Below, piece after piece: positions 8,722 through 18,108 of a DNA stretch of 21,177 bases. A program made the translations under genes and the position numbers. The number at the start of each line of letters is the position of its first letter. The stretch's first letter is position 1. This DNA is from a virus (Duplodnaviria > Heunggongvirae > Uroviricota > Caudoviricetes), in IMG/VR virus record IMGVR_UViG_2531839102_000019, positions 1 to 21,177 of that record; one strand, written 5' to 3'. Below the pieces are notes generated by a model, which saw only the letters and a list, made by a program, of their open reading frames with translations, had not been told where the DNA came from and searched no databases.

Positions 8722-8748
8722 GCCCGACCATCGTGTCGGGCTTTTTTT
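8722..8748 (+). terminator. Strong rho-independent terminator immediately upstream of the giant ORF
   Basis: GCCCGAC-CATCGT-GTCGGGC perfect 7-bp stem followed by TTTTTTT; only 12 nt (containing GGAG) separate it from the ATG at 8761. Confidence 0.7.
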
Positions 8749-8760
8749 ACTGGAGTCTGT

Positions 8761-11700
8761 ATGGCTTTTTCAGATGAGCAGCGCCCTGAAGCGCAATTGG
8801 GTAACCAGAACCGCAGCAGCCTGAACATTAAGCAGCCGGGAGAAAATTACTGGCAGGATTTTTTCAGCAACCCGCAGAATGCCATTGATCACAGCACATC
8901 GTTCAGCCTCGGTGATGTATTGCCAACAATGGGTAAAGGTTTCGCCCAGTCCGTCCGGGGAACAGGGGAAATGGCCCGTGGACTCGGTGATGCGATGATT
9001 CAGAGCCCGGTAAAAACAGGGGTGCGTATTTTAAATGAGTTCAGCCGTATGGGGCTGCCGGGTGTCGCAACTGTGCAGGATATTTTTGCCGGTGGCAGCA
9101 GGGGGGCTGATGAGGTCATCGATACCCTGCCTGATGGCAAAAACGCGGTTACTGATACTGTCGGTAAAGGTCTGAAGGCAACCGGTAAGGCTGTCAGTGA
9201 TGGTGCCAAAGCCACTGATGAATGGCTGACCGGTAAGATGTCGCCGGGTGCAGTTCGTGCGCTGAATACGCCGATGACCGAAGGCTATAATGATTCTGCG
9301 GTCTGGGTGGCGAAGGGTGTAAACCTGATTGGTGCGCTTGTACCTGATATGGTTGCTGGCGGTGTGGCTAGAAAGGTGGGTGATGTCACACTGCGAAAAA
9401 TGCTGACCGCCGGGCTGGAGAAAAAATACATCGCGGCAGGGATGCAGCCGGAAAGAGCCACGGCACTGGCAGCAGAAGCTGTCGATAAAAAAATGCCGGA
9501 TTTATTCCAGGCGGGCCTGATCACCCATTCCACTGTAAGTGCACAGGGGCAGAGTGCAATGGCGGCAGCAGATGCTGTTCTTAATGCTGATTACTCTGAG
9601 CTGGCGCAGTCACCGAAATTTCAGCAGACGTTTTTGTCCATTGACGCCGACCCGCAGCACGCACAGCTTACTGATCGCCAGAAAATGGATCTGGCAAAAG
9701 AGCGTGTTGCCGATGAGGTGCGCGCGCAGCTGGCAACCGATCCTGAATTGCTGGCTGTGAATGCCATGGCGGCAAAACTGGGTGACGCACAACTGTTTAA
9801 TCTGGTGACACGAGGCACAGCGAAGACCGTTAAAAGCGGCATTGTCAGAAATGCCACGGAACAGGGGGCGATTAATGCGGCGCAGGGCGGCTATTCACGC
9901 TATCAGGAAAACACGGCATTGCGTGAGACCGCCGGAATGGGGGTGTCACCGTGGGAGGGCGTGGCTGACGCAACGATCGAAGGTGCAGCCTTTGGTGCTG
10001 CGATGGGGGCTCCATTCGGTGCGGTTGCCGGATATCGTGGCAGACGTCAGGCCGCAGAAGAAACCGCCATGCGTGATGCTGAAACCGTGCAGCAGGACGA
10101 CGCAGCCCCGCAACCAGAATCTGTTGATCCGGTGGCGCAGCAGCGTGAATCCATGCAGGGCATGAATCGCGAGCAGCTTCTGGAGCAGTATGCTGATGCG
10201 GATATGGCAACAGAGGGTGACGCATCCGCAGCTCATCGCCGGGAAGCTGCCAGCCAGTTGTTGAATGAACTGGACGAACAGGCGAAGCGACAGGCTGTGA
10301 TGAATGAGCTGAAGGCGAAGCCGCGTTCTGAACTGCTTGAGGAATACCGCAGACTCAGCCAGAAAGAGGGGCGCACCGAGACTGAAGAACAACAGTTTCA
10401 GGCAATACGAGAAGTCATTCGCCCACAACAGGAAGTGACGCCGGAAGCACAGTCACAGCCTGAAAATGCGGAGGATGGTAACGGGAGCATTTACCCGACG
10501 GTGCGGTTCCGGGACCCGAATGAAGTCCGCATTGAAATTAACGGGAATGGTGCGTCCAGACCAGCGGAACGCATTGAGAAGGTGCGCCCGGACAACCGTT
10601 ATTTCACGGATGAGAAAAGCGCCATGGGGAGTGATGTTTTCCGTAATGCCGCCGCCACCGGCCTGAAACCGTCCGTAGTGAAGAAAGGCGAGAATCAGTA
10701 TGCCGTTGAAATGGATAATCCTGCGTTCTCTGAAGATGTGGCAACGGAAACCATTAACACCCTGGCTGACGGAGAGCGTATTGCTGATGCTGACCCGATG
10801 GAGCAGCCCGCGTTCATGCGTGACCCGCGATTCCGTGGTTTCACGGGGGATGATACGGAGGTACAGGCCCGCCTTGCCCGTGGCAACGCGCCGACGGCAG
10901 AGGAGCTTGTACGTTCACAGATGGCTGAAGGTGATGCCGGTCCGACAGCACAGGAGTTAACTGAGCGTCCACGCCTGCCCGCTCCCGGCGATATTCATCC
11001 CGGACAGGGATATCCGTTACCGGGAGAAGTGGCGCGTACGCCGGATGAAAATCAGGCCGGACGTGGTGGTCGTTTTACCACAACCGGTGAGGTTAAGGGC
11101 CAGAGTTTCCAGAAAGGACAAGCTCCGGCACCGGAAAACGCCGCTGGTCGCCAGGGGGAAACACTCGAGGGTGACATGGTTCGTCGTGGTCTGCCGTCAC
11201 CGGATGCGCAGAACGCGACAGCACCGGTACGTGAAGGGCTACCGGCTCCTGACATTGCGCGTAATGTTCGTATGCCTCAGCCTGAATCACTTCCCCGCAC
11301 TGTACGGGACTCACTGCCTGAGCTTGCACAGCAGGCAGAAGTACGCCGACAGGCCGGAGGAAATCGTGACATCCCGCAGCCTGAGACAATCGCACCTGAA
11401 TCTGAAACAACTGTCTCTACTGACAGGGAAGCTACCGTGCGCGGAGGTGAAGTCAGGGGCAAAAAAATTGAAGACTTTGGTGAAGAAATTAAGGGCGCGG
11501 CAAAACACCGTTATGCACAGCTTGCTGAAACACTGGGTAAAACGCTGGAAGACAGGGATTATGCCACTCAGCCGCTGAGCAAACTGTTCCCGAAACCGGA
11601 CTACGCAAAACTGGCGAACGAAGGTGCTGATGCTGATACCCTGGCAATGATAGCGCTGTATCGTAGCGATATTCCGGCGAAGACGAAACACAATACGGCA

Positions 11701-14700
11701 GGCTGGGGGGAGAGCATAAAAAAAGTACGACACAGTGTATCGGAAATGCTGAACGGAACGGTCAGCGCGAAACGCCTCGCAGAATGGATGGAAGGTAGAA
11801 TGCCCTCCCGTTACGCGGATACCTGGCAACTGTTACGCACTCTGCCACCCTCACAGATGGACAGGGCTTCTGCTTATCGGGTGGTATCGGGTGTGTATCA
11901 GGCGGCAGGAGGGAAGCGTTACGATCCGCCACAGAAACTTTATTCACTGCGCAATAAGGACAATAAGGGTAGTAACCTCTTTTTCTCGGAAAGCAGGGAT
12001 GAATTACTGACAAAGGCGAAAGTCTGGTTTGCAGAGCAGGAGGAAAAATCACAGGCGAAAGGTGATGAAAAAACAGCGCCTTCACCGGATGACAAAATCC
12101 GCTTTGACGTTTACCGGAATACCCGCAGTGGCGATATTTTTATCGCTTACGGTAAAAACAAAATGCGGGTGAGAGGTGGCTTTAAGTCAGCCAGTGATGC
12201 GCGTAAGTACATTGATTCACATCGTGATGAGCTTGTTCGTCATGTGAAGGATATGCGGGAGATTTCGCGTGAGGAGCAGCGTAACGCCACCAACCGCGAC
12301 CGTACCGGACCAGAACGCCGTAAAGGGGATGTTTCACCGGAGCAGTTCAGTGATGCGTTTGGTTTCCGTGGTGTGCAGTTTGGTAACTACGTGGAAGGTC
12401 CGCGTCGTCAGGCTGATTTGAACCGGGCTTATGACTCGCTGCATGACCTTGCGGAAGTACTGAATGTACCGACAAAAGCGCTTTCCCTGAACGGTCGTCT
12501 TGGCCTGGCATTTGGTGCCCGTGGTAAGGGTAAGGCGGCGGCACACTATGAGTCAGGTGAGGTGGCAATCAACCTGACAAAAGGTAACGGACCGGGTGCG
12601 CTGGCGCACGAATGGTTCCATTCTCTGGATAATTATTTTGGTCGTTATGACGTTTCCAATGACGGGAAAATTACGTCAGGTGGCGACTTTATGACGGAAG
12701 CACAGCGTGTCAGGCGCATATTTAAAGACGGCAGGTATGTTGATGCTGAATATCCGGTACGTCAGGAGGTTTACGACGCTTTTAAAGGTGTGATTCAGGC
12801 CATTAAAAACAGTGACATGCCGCGTCGTTCAGCGCTTCTCGATGAGGTGCGCTCAAAACCGTACTGGTCAACGGATGTTGAAATGGCGGCGCGTGCCTTT
12901 GAGCGTTATGTTCAGGATAAAGCGCGTACGGCTGGCGTGGAGAATGATTATCTGGTCAATATCCGTAAGGCACCTGAGCACAACACAGATAACACCTGGG
13001 CTTATCCGACGAATGCGGAACTGGATGGCGGTATTCGTGAGGCATTCGATCACCTGTTCCGCACCCTGAAAACCCGTGAGACGGACAAGGGCGTTGCGTT
13101 TTATTCCCGTAAGGGCGTTACCCGTACACCTGAAGGTAATCTCATTTCGGATGTTAACCGTAGTGCGGAAGCTAAAGGCAGCCCGGTCCCGCAGGTTGAA
13201 GCGGTTGCCCGTGGCGTGATGAGCGGCATTAAGGACAGTGACCTGAAGGTCCGTGTGGTGAAGTCACAGAAAGAGGCTGAAGCGCTGGCGGGCGAATCGT
13301 TCGATGGTTACGGCAGGGTGCACGCATTCTATCGTCCGGATAAACGAGAAATTGTCCTGGTGGCGGATAACATCCCTGACGGGCGGACCGTACGCGAGAA
13401 GTTGCGTCACGAGATTATCCACCATGCCATGGAGCATGTTGTCACGCCAGCGGAATATCAGACGATTATCAAAACCGTGCTGAAAACCCGCGACAGTGAT
13501 AACGCCACCATCCGTGAAGCCTGGCGTAAGGTTGATGCGTCCTATGGTAAGGAATCACCGGAAGTGCAGGCGGGTGAATTTCTGGCACATATGGCGGAGA
13601 AACAGCCGAATAAATTCGTGGCGGCATGGGAGCGTGTTGTTGCCCTGGTCAAAGGGGTACTGCGTCGTACGGGGTTACTGAAGCCGACGGAACTGAACGA
13701 TATCAGACTTGTTCGCGAGACCATCCGTACGTTAGGCCAGCGTGTGCGGGAAGGTTACACGCCGCGTGAGGATGGCGCGGACGCATCGTCTCAGTACTCC
13801 CGTAGTGGTAAACCTGATCCGTTCAAAGTGCCGGAAGGTGAGGGCGAGCGTTATCGTGATGACCTTGCCAGAATGATGAAGTCTCTGCGCTCAACGGATT
13901 TAACGGTAAACATCGGGCGTACGCCGCCGGTATTGCGTCACCTTGGCGCACCAGATTTGCCGCTGGTTATCTCCCGCGACACTGTGCGTAAGGCCACCAA
14001 TGGTGTGAAACATGTGGTGCCGATGGATGTTATCGAGAGACTACCGGAACTGATGCACGATCCGGATGCAATTTACCGTTCCGCGACAGAAAGAAACGCG
14101 GTTGTGATGCTGCTTGATGCCGTGGATAAAAATGGTGATCCGGTGGTGTCAGCGGTACACATGAAGGCTGTCCGGTCGCGCCTGGAAATCAACAAGGTGG
14201 CATCTGTTTACGGTACGGAAAACGGGAAAAAACTGAAGAGTATGGAAATGACCGGTTTAACGTTGTACCGGAGAGAAAAATTAAGCCGCGATAACCTTCT
14301 GCACAGAGGGCTCCAATTGCCCAAAGGGGAACATTCTTATCGCGGCTCTGTTGATAAAATACTCTATCCTGAAGATATTCGCAAGGGGCCGTATTACTCC
14401 CGCACCAGCAGTCTGACGCCGGAAGAGACAATTGCATCCCGTTTTGTTCGCCAGATGCAGGATAAATTCCAGGTGCTGAAGGCGGTGCAGGAGAATATCC
14501 GTAAAACTGGCGGAAAAATAGATGACAGCAATAACGCCTATATGGCTGAAGAACTCTTCCACGGGAAGGCGGAAAACGACCTGAACGTAATGAAGGAGCG
14601 CTACGTTCAGCCGCTGGCCAAATTGCTGGCGGACTACAAAATTGCGCAGGCCGATCTGGATGAGTACCTCTACGCCCGTCACGCGCCGGAACGTAACGCG

Positions 14701-17139
14701 CATATTGCGAAAATCAACCCGAAAATGCCGGACGGCGGTTCGGGGATGACCAACGCGGAAGCGGCGGAAATCATGCAGCGTGTGCGTAACAGCGGCAAAC
14801 AGGCACAGTATGACCGTCTGGCAGGGATTATTGACGATATGCTGGCCCGTCGCCGTGAGATTATCCGTGAGGCAGGACTGGAAGAGAGCGGCGTGGTGGA
14901 TGCCTGGCAGAAAGCCTACCGTTACTACGTCCCCCTGAAAGGGCAGGATGTTGACGGTGTGGTGTCACTGCCACGTACAGGCAAGGGATTCACCATCGGC
15001 GGGCGTGAAAGTAAGCAGGCCATGGGGCGTGCATCCCGCGCACAGTCTCCTTCCACTCAGGCGATACAGGATTTGAGTGAATCGCTGATCCGCAATCGCA
15101 AAAATGAAGTGGGTAACGCCTTCCTGAAACTGGTACAGGATAATCCCGACAAGGATTACTGGCAGGTATTCAGTGATGACAGACCGGATACCATGCGTGT
15201 GATTGCAGAGCGCAAGGACCAGGAAACTGGTGAAACCATTCGCGAAGTTGTCGAGCGTCCGGTGGCGATGGCAATGATGGCAGACCGGTACTTCACCACC
15301 AAAAAGAACGGCAAAACGTACTACATCAAACTCCATGATCCGCGCCTGATGCGTGCGATGAAGAATATGGGACCGGAAACCAGTAACGCAGTAATCCGTA
15401 CGCTGGGGAAAGTTAACCGCTTCCTGGCAACGGTGAACACGTCGTATAACCCGGAATTCCTGGTCAGTAACTTCATCCGTGACGTGCAGACAGCGGTGAT
15501 GAATCTGAAGGCGGAGCAGGGAAGGAGCGACGGCAAACTGAAAGGGCTGGATAACTTATCCGCACTGGCTGTGGTGAAAGACAGCCGTTCTGCTATGTCA
15601 GCCGTATACGCCAGTCTGCGTGGCAAAAACCTCACGGGCAAAGGTGCGCAGTGGCAGAAGGTGTGGAAAGAGTTTGTTGAGGACGGAGGTAAAACCGGCT
15701 GGTTTAACATGGGTGACCTTGAAGGCCAGCAGAAGGAAATGGATCGCCTTGTATCGCTGGCGAAGGGAGGATGGAAAGGCCAGAGTATCGGTGCATGGAA
15801 TTCGTTCCTGAACCTGGTCGAGGATGCCAACGGTGCGGTTGAAAACGCACTGCGTCTGTCAGCTTATAAACACGCCCGTGATGCCGGTTTGTCACGCCAG
15901 CAGGCGGCGTCTCTTGCCAAAAACATGACGGTGAACTTTAACCGTCGTGGTGAGCAGGGGGCGCTGATGAACTCGCTGTACATGTTCGCCAACGCCAGTA
16001 TTCAGGGAACGGCAAATCTGGTGAGAACGCTCGGACATCTTAATGGTGAGGGACCTTTACTGGAGCGCCTTCGCTGGAAGAATCTGAATGTTCCGCAGAA
16101 AATCGCGCTTGCCGCTGTGGGAGCAGGTTATCTGCTTGGCTCGCTTAACCGCAGTGTGGCGGGTGAGGATGATGACAGGGTTAACTGGTATGACAAAGTA
16201 CCGTCTCATGTGAAAGAGCGTAACCTCGTCATCATGAAATCGATGTTCGGGGGCAAGGCCGGTGAGTACTGGAGTATTCCTCTGCCTTACGGGTACAACG
16301 TTTTCTTCCTGCTTGGTCACACAGCCGAAGGGGTGGCGGCGGGCGACCTGACCGCTTCACGTGCTGCCGGTAATGTTGTTGGTGGTGTGCTTGGGGCATT
16401 CAGCCCGATCGGCAGTGAGACGTCGGAAACGTTGTCCGGGGCATTGCTGAAAAACGCAGCGCCAACCATTCTGCGTCCGTTTGCTAACCTTGCCATGAAC
16501 GAAAACTTCATGGGGGCGCAGATTTACCAGGAGAACATGCCGTTTGGTACACCGAAACCGGACAGCCAGCTGGGAAGACGTTCAACGCCTGAGGCGTACA
16601 AGTCCTTTGCGTCCTGGCTGAATGCGTTCTCTGGTGGCAGCCAGTACCGCTCAGGCGCGGTGGATGTCACGCCGGAATCACTGAAATACTGGATTGACTA
16701 TATCTCTGGTGGTACAGGGCGTTTTATTGCCAAATCGACGGATGCGGCGGTGAAATCGCTGAATGGTATTGATATACCGGAGCAGCAGGTGCCTTTCCTG
16801 GGGAAAATTTCAGGTGAGGTGATGCCGTATGCTGACCAGCAGAAGATGTATGACCGGATGACGGAGGTTGCGCAGTACCACGCAGAGCTGAAGAGTCTGA
16901 CCGGTGCAGAAAGAACGGCGTTCATTGACGAGAACAACGGAAAATTGTCGATGAACGGGCTTATGCAGGATACCCGGAAGAGACTGAAGGATTTGCGCAA
17001 ACAGCGCGATGCCATTTATGCCGACAGTTCTCTCAGTCTGGCGCAGCAGGCGGCGATGGTGAAATCGGTAGAGCGGGATATGAAGGTTGCCGTGGATCGC
17101 TTTAACCGCGAGTACAACAAAAAAGTGGGAGTGGAGTAA
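8761..17139 (+). CDS. Giant multi-domain protein (2,792 aa) with two zincin-like HExxH motifs; putative virion-delivered polyvalent effector
   Basis: Uninterrupted 8,379-nt frame; GGAG ribosome-binding site; HEWFH at aa 1283-1287 (nt 12607-12621) and HEIIHHAMEH at aa 1550-1559 (nt 13408-13437); Pro-rich low-complexity linker around aa 730-890; Gly/Ala-rich hydrophobic segments near both termini; no P-loop or signal peptide recognised. Confidence 0.9.
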   Translation: MAFSDEQRPEAQLGNQNRSSLNIKQPGENYWQDFFSNPQNAIDHSTSFSLGDVLPTMGKGFAQSVRGTGEMARGLGDAMIQSPVKTGVRILNEFSRMGLPGVATVQDIFAGGSRGADEVIDTLPDGKNAVTDTVGKGLKATGKAVSDGAKATDEWLTGKMSPGAVRALNTPMTEGYNDSAVWVAKGVNLIGALVPDMVAGGVARKVGDVTLRKMLTAGLEKKYIAAGMQPERATALAAEAVDKKMPDLFQAGLITHSTVSAQGQSAMAAADAVLNADYSELAQSPKFQQTFLSIDADPQHAQLTDRQKMDLAKERVADEVRAQLATDPELLAVNAMAAKLGDAQLFNLVTRGTAKTVKSGIVRNATEQGAINAAQGGYSRYQENTALRETAGMGVSPWEGVADATIEGAAFGAAMGAPFGAVAGYRGRRQAAEETAMRDAETVQQDDAAPQPESVDPVAQQRESMQGMNREQLLEQYADADMATEGDASAAHRREAASQLLNELDEQAKRQAVMNELKAKPRSELLEEYRRLSQKEGRTETEEQQFQAIREVIRPQQEVTPEAQSQPENAEDGNGSIYPTVRFRDPNEVRIEINGNGASRPAERIEKVRPDNRYFTDEKSAMGSDVFRNAAATGLKPSVVKKGENQYAVEMDNPAFSEDVATETINTLADGERIADADPMEQPAFMRDPRFRGFTGDDTEVQARLARGNAPTAEELVRSQMAEGDAGPTAQELTERPRLPAPGDIHPGQGYPLPGEVARTPDENQAGRGGRFTTTGEVKGQSFQKGQAPAPENAAGRQGETLEGDMVRRGLPSPDAQNATAPVREGLPAPDIARNVRMPQPESLPRTVRDSLPELAQQAEVRRQAGGNRDIPQPETIAPESETTVSTDREATVRGGEVRGKKIEDFGEEIKGAAKHRYAQLAETLGKTLEDRDYATQPLSKLFPKPDYAKLANEGADADTLAMIALYRSDIPAKTKHNTAGWGESIKKVRHSVSEMLNGTVSAKRLAEWMEGRMPSRYADTWQLLRTLPPSQMDRASAYRVVSGVYQAAGGKRYDPPQKLYSLRNKDNKGSNLFFSESRDELLTKAKVWFAEQEEKSQAKGDEKTAPSPDDKIRFDVYRNTRSGDIFIAYGKNKMRVRGGFKSASDARKYIDSHRDELVRHVKDMREISREEQRNATNRDRTGPERRKGDVSPEQFSDAFGFRGVQFGNYVEGPRRQADLNRAYDSLHDLAEVLNVPTKALSLNGRLGLAFGARGKGKAAAHYESGEVAINLTKGNGPGALAHEWFHSLDNYFGRYDVSNDGKITSGGDFMTEAQRVRRIFKDGRYVDAEYPVRQEVYDAFKGVIQAIKNSDMPRRSALLDEVRSKPYWSTDVEMAARAFERYVQDKARTAGVENDYLVNIRKAPEHNTDNTWAYPTNAELDGGIREAFDHLFRTLKTRETDKGVAFYSRKGVTRTPEGNLISDVNRSAEAKGSPVPQVEAVARGVMSGIKDSDLKVRVVKSQKEAEALAGESFDGYGRVHAFYRPDKREIVLVADNIPDGRTVREKLRHEIIHHAMEHVVTPAEYQTIIKTVLKTRDSDNATIREAWRKVDASYGKESPEVQAGEFLAHMAEKQPNKFVAAWERVVALVKGVLRRTGLLKPTELNDIRLVRETIRTLGQRVREGYTPREDGADASSQYSRSGKPDPFKVPEGEGERYRDDLARMMKSLRSTDLTVNIGRTPPVLRHLGAPDLPLVISRDTVRKATNGVKHVVPMDVIERLPELMHDPDAIYRSATERNAVVMLLDAVDKNGDPVVSAVHMKAVRSRLEINKVASVYGTENGKKLKSMEMTGLTLYRREKLSRDNLLHRGLQLPKGEHSYRGSVDKILYPEDIRKGPYYSRTSSLTPEETIASRFVRQMQDKFQVLKAVQENIRKTGGKIDDSNNAYMAEELFHGKAENDLNVMKERYVQPLAKLLADYKIAQADLDEYLYARHAPERNAHIAKINPKMPDGGSGMTNAEAAEIMQRVRNSGKQAQYDRLAGIIDDMLARRREIIREAGLEESGVVDAWQKAYRYYVPLKGQDVDGVVSLPRTGKGFTIGGRESKQAMGRASRAQSPSTQAIQDLSESLIRNRKNEVGNAFLKLVQDNPDKDYWQVFSDDRPDTMRVIAERKDQETGETIREVVERPVAMAMMADRYFTTKKNGKTYYIKLHDPRLMRAMKNMGPETSNAVIRTLGKVNRFLATVNTSYNPEFLVSNFIRDVQTAVMNLKAEQGRSDGKLKGLDNLSALAVVKDSRSAMSAVYASLRGKNLTGKGAQWQKVWKEFVEDGGKTGWFNMGDLEGQQKEMDRLVSLAKGGWKGQSIGAWNSFLNLVEDANGAVENALRLSAYKHARDAGLSRQQAASLAKNMTVNFNRRGEQGALMNSLYMFANASIQGTANLVRTLGHLNGEGPLLERLRWKNLNVPQKIALAAVGAGYLLGSLNRSVAGEDDDRVNWYDKVPSHVKERNLVIMKSMFGGKAGEYWSIPLPYGYNVFFLLGHTAEGVAAGDLTASRAAGNVVGGVLGAFSPIGSETSETLSGALLKNAAPTILRPFANLAMNENFMGAQIYQENMPFGTPKPDSQLGRRSTPEAYKSFASWLNAFSGGSQYRSGAVDVTPESLKYWIDYISGGTGRFIAKSTDAAVKSLNGIDIPEQQVPFLGKISGEVMPYADQQKMYDRMTEVAQYHAELKSLTGAERTAFIDENNGKLSMNGLMQDTRKRLKDLRKQRDAIYADSSLSLAQQAAMVKSVERDMKVAVDRFNREYNKKVGVE

Positions 17140-17147
17140 CAGAACAT

Positions 17148-17169
17148 GCCCCGTACGGAAGTGCGGGGC
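17148..17169. other. Stem-loop between the convergent plus and minus transcription units
   Basis: GCCCCGTAC-GGAA-GTGCGGGGC (one G:U pair); no U-tract on either strand. Confidence 0.35.
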
Positions 17170-17266
17170 TGATTAAGAAATAAACACTCATTGACCTGTA
17201 ATAACTGGAGCTATTAACATATAGTCAGAAAGAGCATTTCATGTGATACAGAGAGCCGATTTATGT

Positions 17267-17608
17267 TTAATGAAGAAAAGTTGCGCAAATGGCAGCGTAT
17301 TTGCTGAAAAAGCATGGCGGATCTATGCGTTTCATTAAGCTGAAGCAGCAACGGTAATTGCCGTGCCAATCATCAGCCCAACTGGTTAACCCTGGCGCAT
17401 CAATGCTAGGCATATAGACGCTTGCAGTGTGGTAGCCCTTATCGTTATCAATGCTGGCAACGTGCTCGCCGTTGTATGCGCTCAGCGTGTCTAGGACACT
17501 ATAAAACTTTCCTCCGGCTGCCCTGAAATCCTTTACAGCCTTCACAAGACGATTCCACGCTTTTTCCTGTTCTGGCGTCAGGTCGATTAATTCCTGCAAA
17601 GTTGCCAT
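17267..17608 (-). CDS. Hypothetical phage accessory protein (113 aa)
   Basis: ATG at 17608 with AAGGAA ribosome-binding site, 1 nt after the stop of the upstream gene; the longer 17698 start lacks a ribosome-binding site and would overlap that gene. Confidence 0.6.
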   Translation of the reverse strand: MATLQELIDLTPEQEKAWNRLVKAVKDFRAAGGKFYSVLDTLSAYNGEHVASIDNDKGYHTASVYMPSIDAPGLTSWADDWHGNYRCCFSLMKRIDPPCFFSKYAAICATFLH

Positions 17609-17609
17609 T

Positions 17610-17828
17610 TCAGTTTTCCTTATATGGGTTAATTTTATTGTGCAGTGTGTTGAACGACGCCCATACCACGTCGTTATACAACTCAATAACTGGTTCAATT
17701 ATTTTCCCGATAAACCAGACCAGTAATAGCGGGGATATTGGTATCATCAACACGATAAACAGAATGAGAAACAAAAATTCTGTCGCTCTACTTTTTCGCG
17801 GATATTTTTTTCTAAATAATGTGACCAT
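17610..17828 (-). CDS. Small predicted membrane protein (72 aa)
   Basis: Hydrophobic core FLFLILFIVLMIPISPLLLVWFIG; directly abuts the downstream gene. Confidence 0.45.
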   Translation of the reverse strand: MVTLFRKKYPRKSRATEFLFLILFIVLMIPISPLLLVWFIGKIIEPVIELYNDVVWASFNTLHNKINPYKEN

Positions 17829-17915
17829 TCATTACCGCCCTTTCGGGCGGCCTCCCGATGTTCTGAGGGTGCAGAAATCCCTCCGGTTAAGGATTAAATT
17901 AATAATATGATGTAA

Positions 17916-18104
17916 TTAATTCATGTAGTGCGAACCATACTCCCAATGATGGCTAATTATTTCGGCAGCATCTCCATAACATAAATTATCCGGTTTCATA
18001 TCTTTGTCTTGCCCGAATTTACTTTCAACAAAATCATCAATATCCTGATGCGGGGCATTGGCAGGGACTGAAATTACAGTTGTCACTATTATTGTTCGAT
18101 TCAC
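17916..18104 (-). CDS. Small hypothetical protein (about 62 aa, GTG start)
   Basis: AGGAGG 8 nt upstream of GTG at 18104, embedded in the end of the Ea22-like gene; weak support. Confidence 0.4.
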   Translation of the reverse strand: MNRTIIVTTVISVPANAPHQDIDDFVESKFGQDKDMKPDNLCYGDAAEIISHHWEYGSHYMN

Positions 18105-18108
18105 TTTC

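Noticed and set aside
8761-17139. Numerous 60-170-aa ORFs on both strands inside the giant gene (for example 9946-10428, 11311-11829, 15321-15830)
   Set aside because: All lie within one continuous 8.4-kb coding frame of a GC-rich sequence where long antisense open frames arise by chance; none has a convincing start context.
8761-17139. Giant ORF as a tail tape-measure protein
   Set aside because: Proline-rich linker and HExxH motifs are atypical for tape-measure proteins; a 2,792-aa tape measure would imply an implausibly long tail; the gene lies downstream of host-specificity genes rather than among tail-assembly genes.
8761-17139. Giant ORF as an RHS, CdiA or adhesin-type toxin
   Set aside because: No signal peptide, no YD or filamentous-haemagglutinin-type repeats, no beta-helix-like periodicity seen; the terminator-gated phage operon context argues against a host-secreted toxin.
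17609-17698. Longer N-terminal extension of the 113-aa minus-strand gene
   Set aside because: It would overlap the upstream 72-aa gene in another frame and lacks a ribosome-binding site; ATG 17608 has AAGGAA and abuts the upstream stop.
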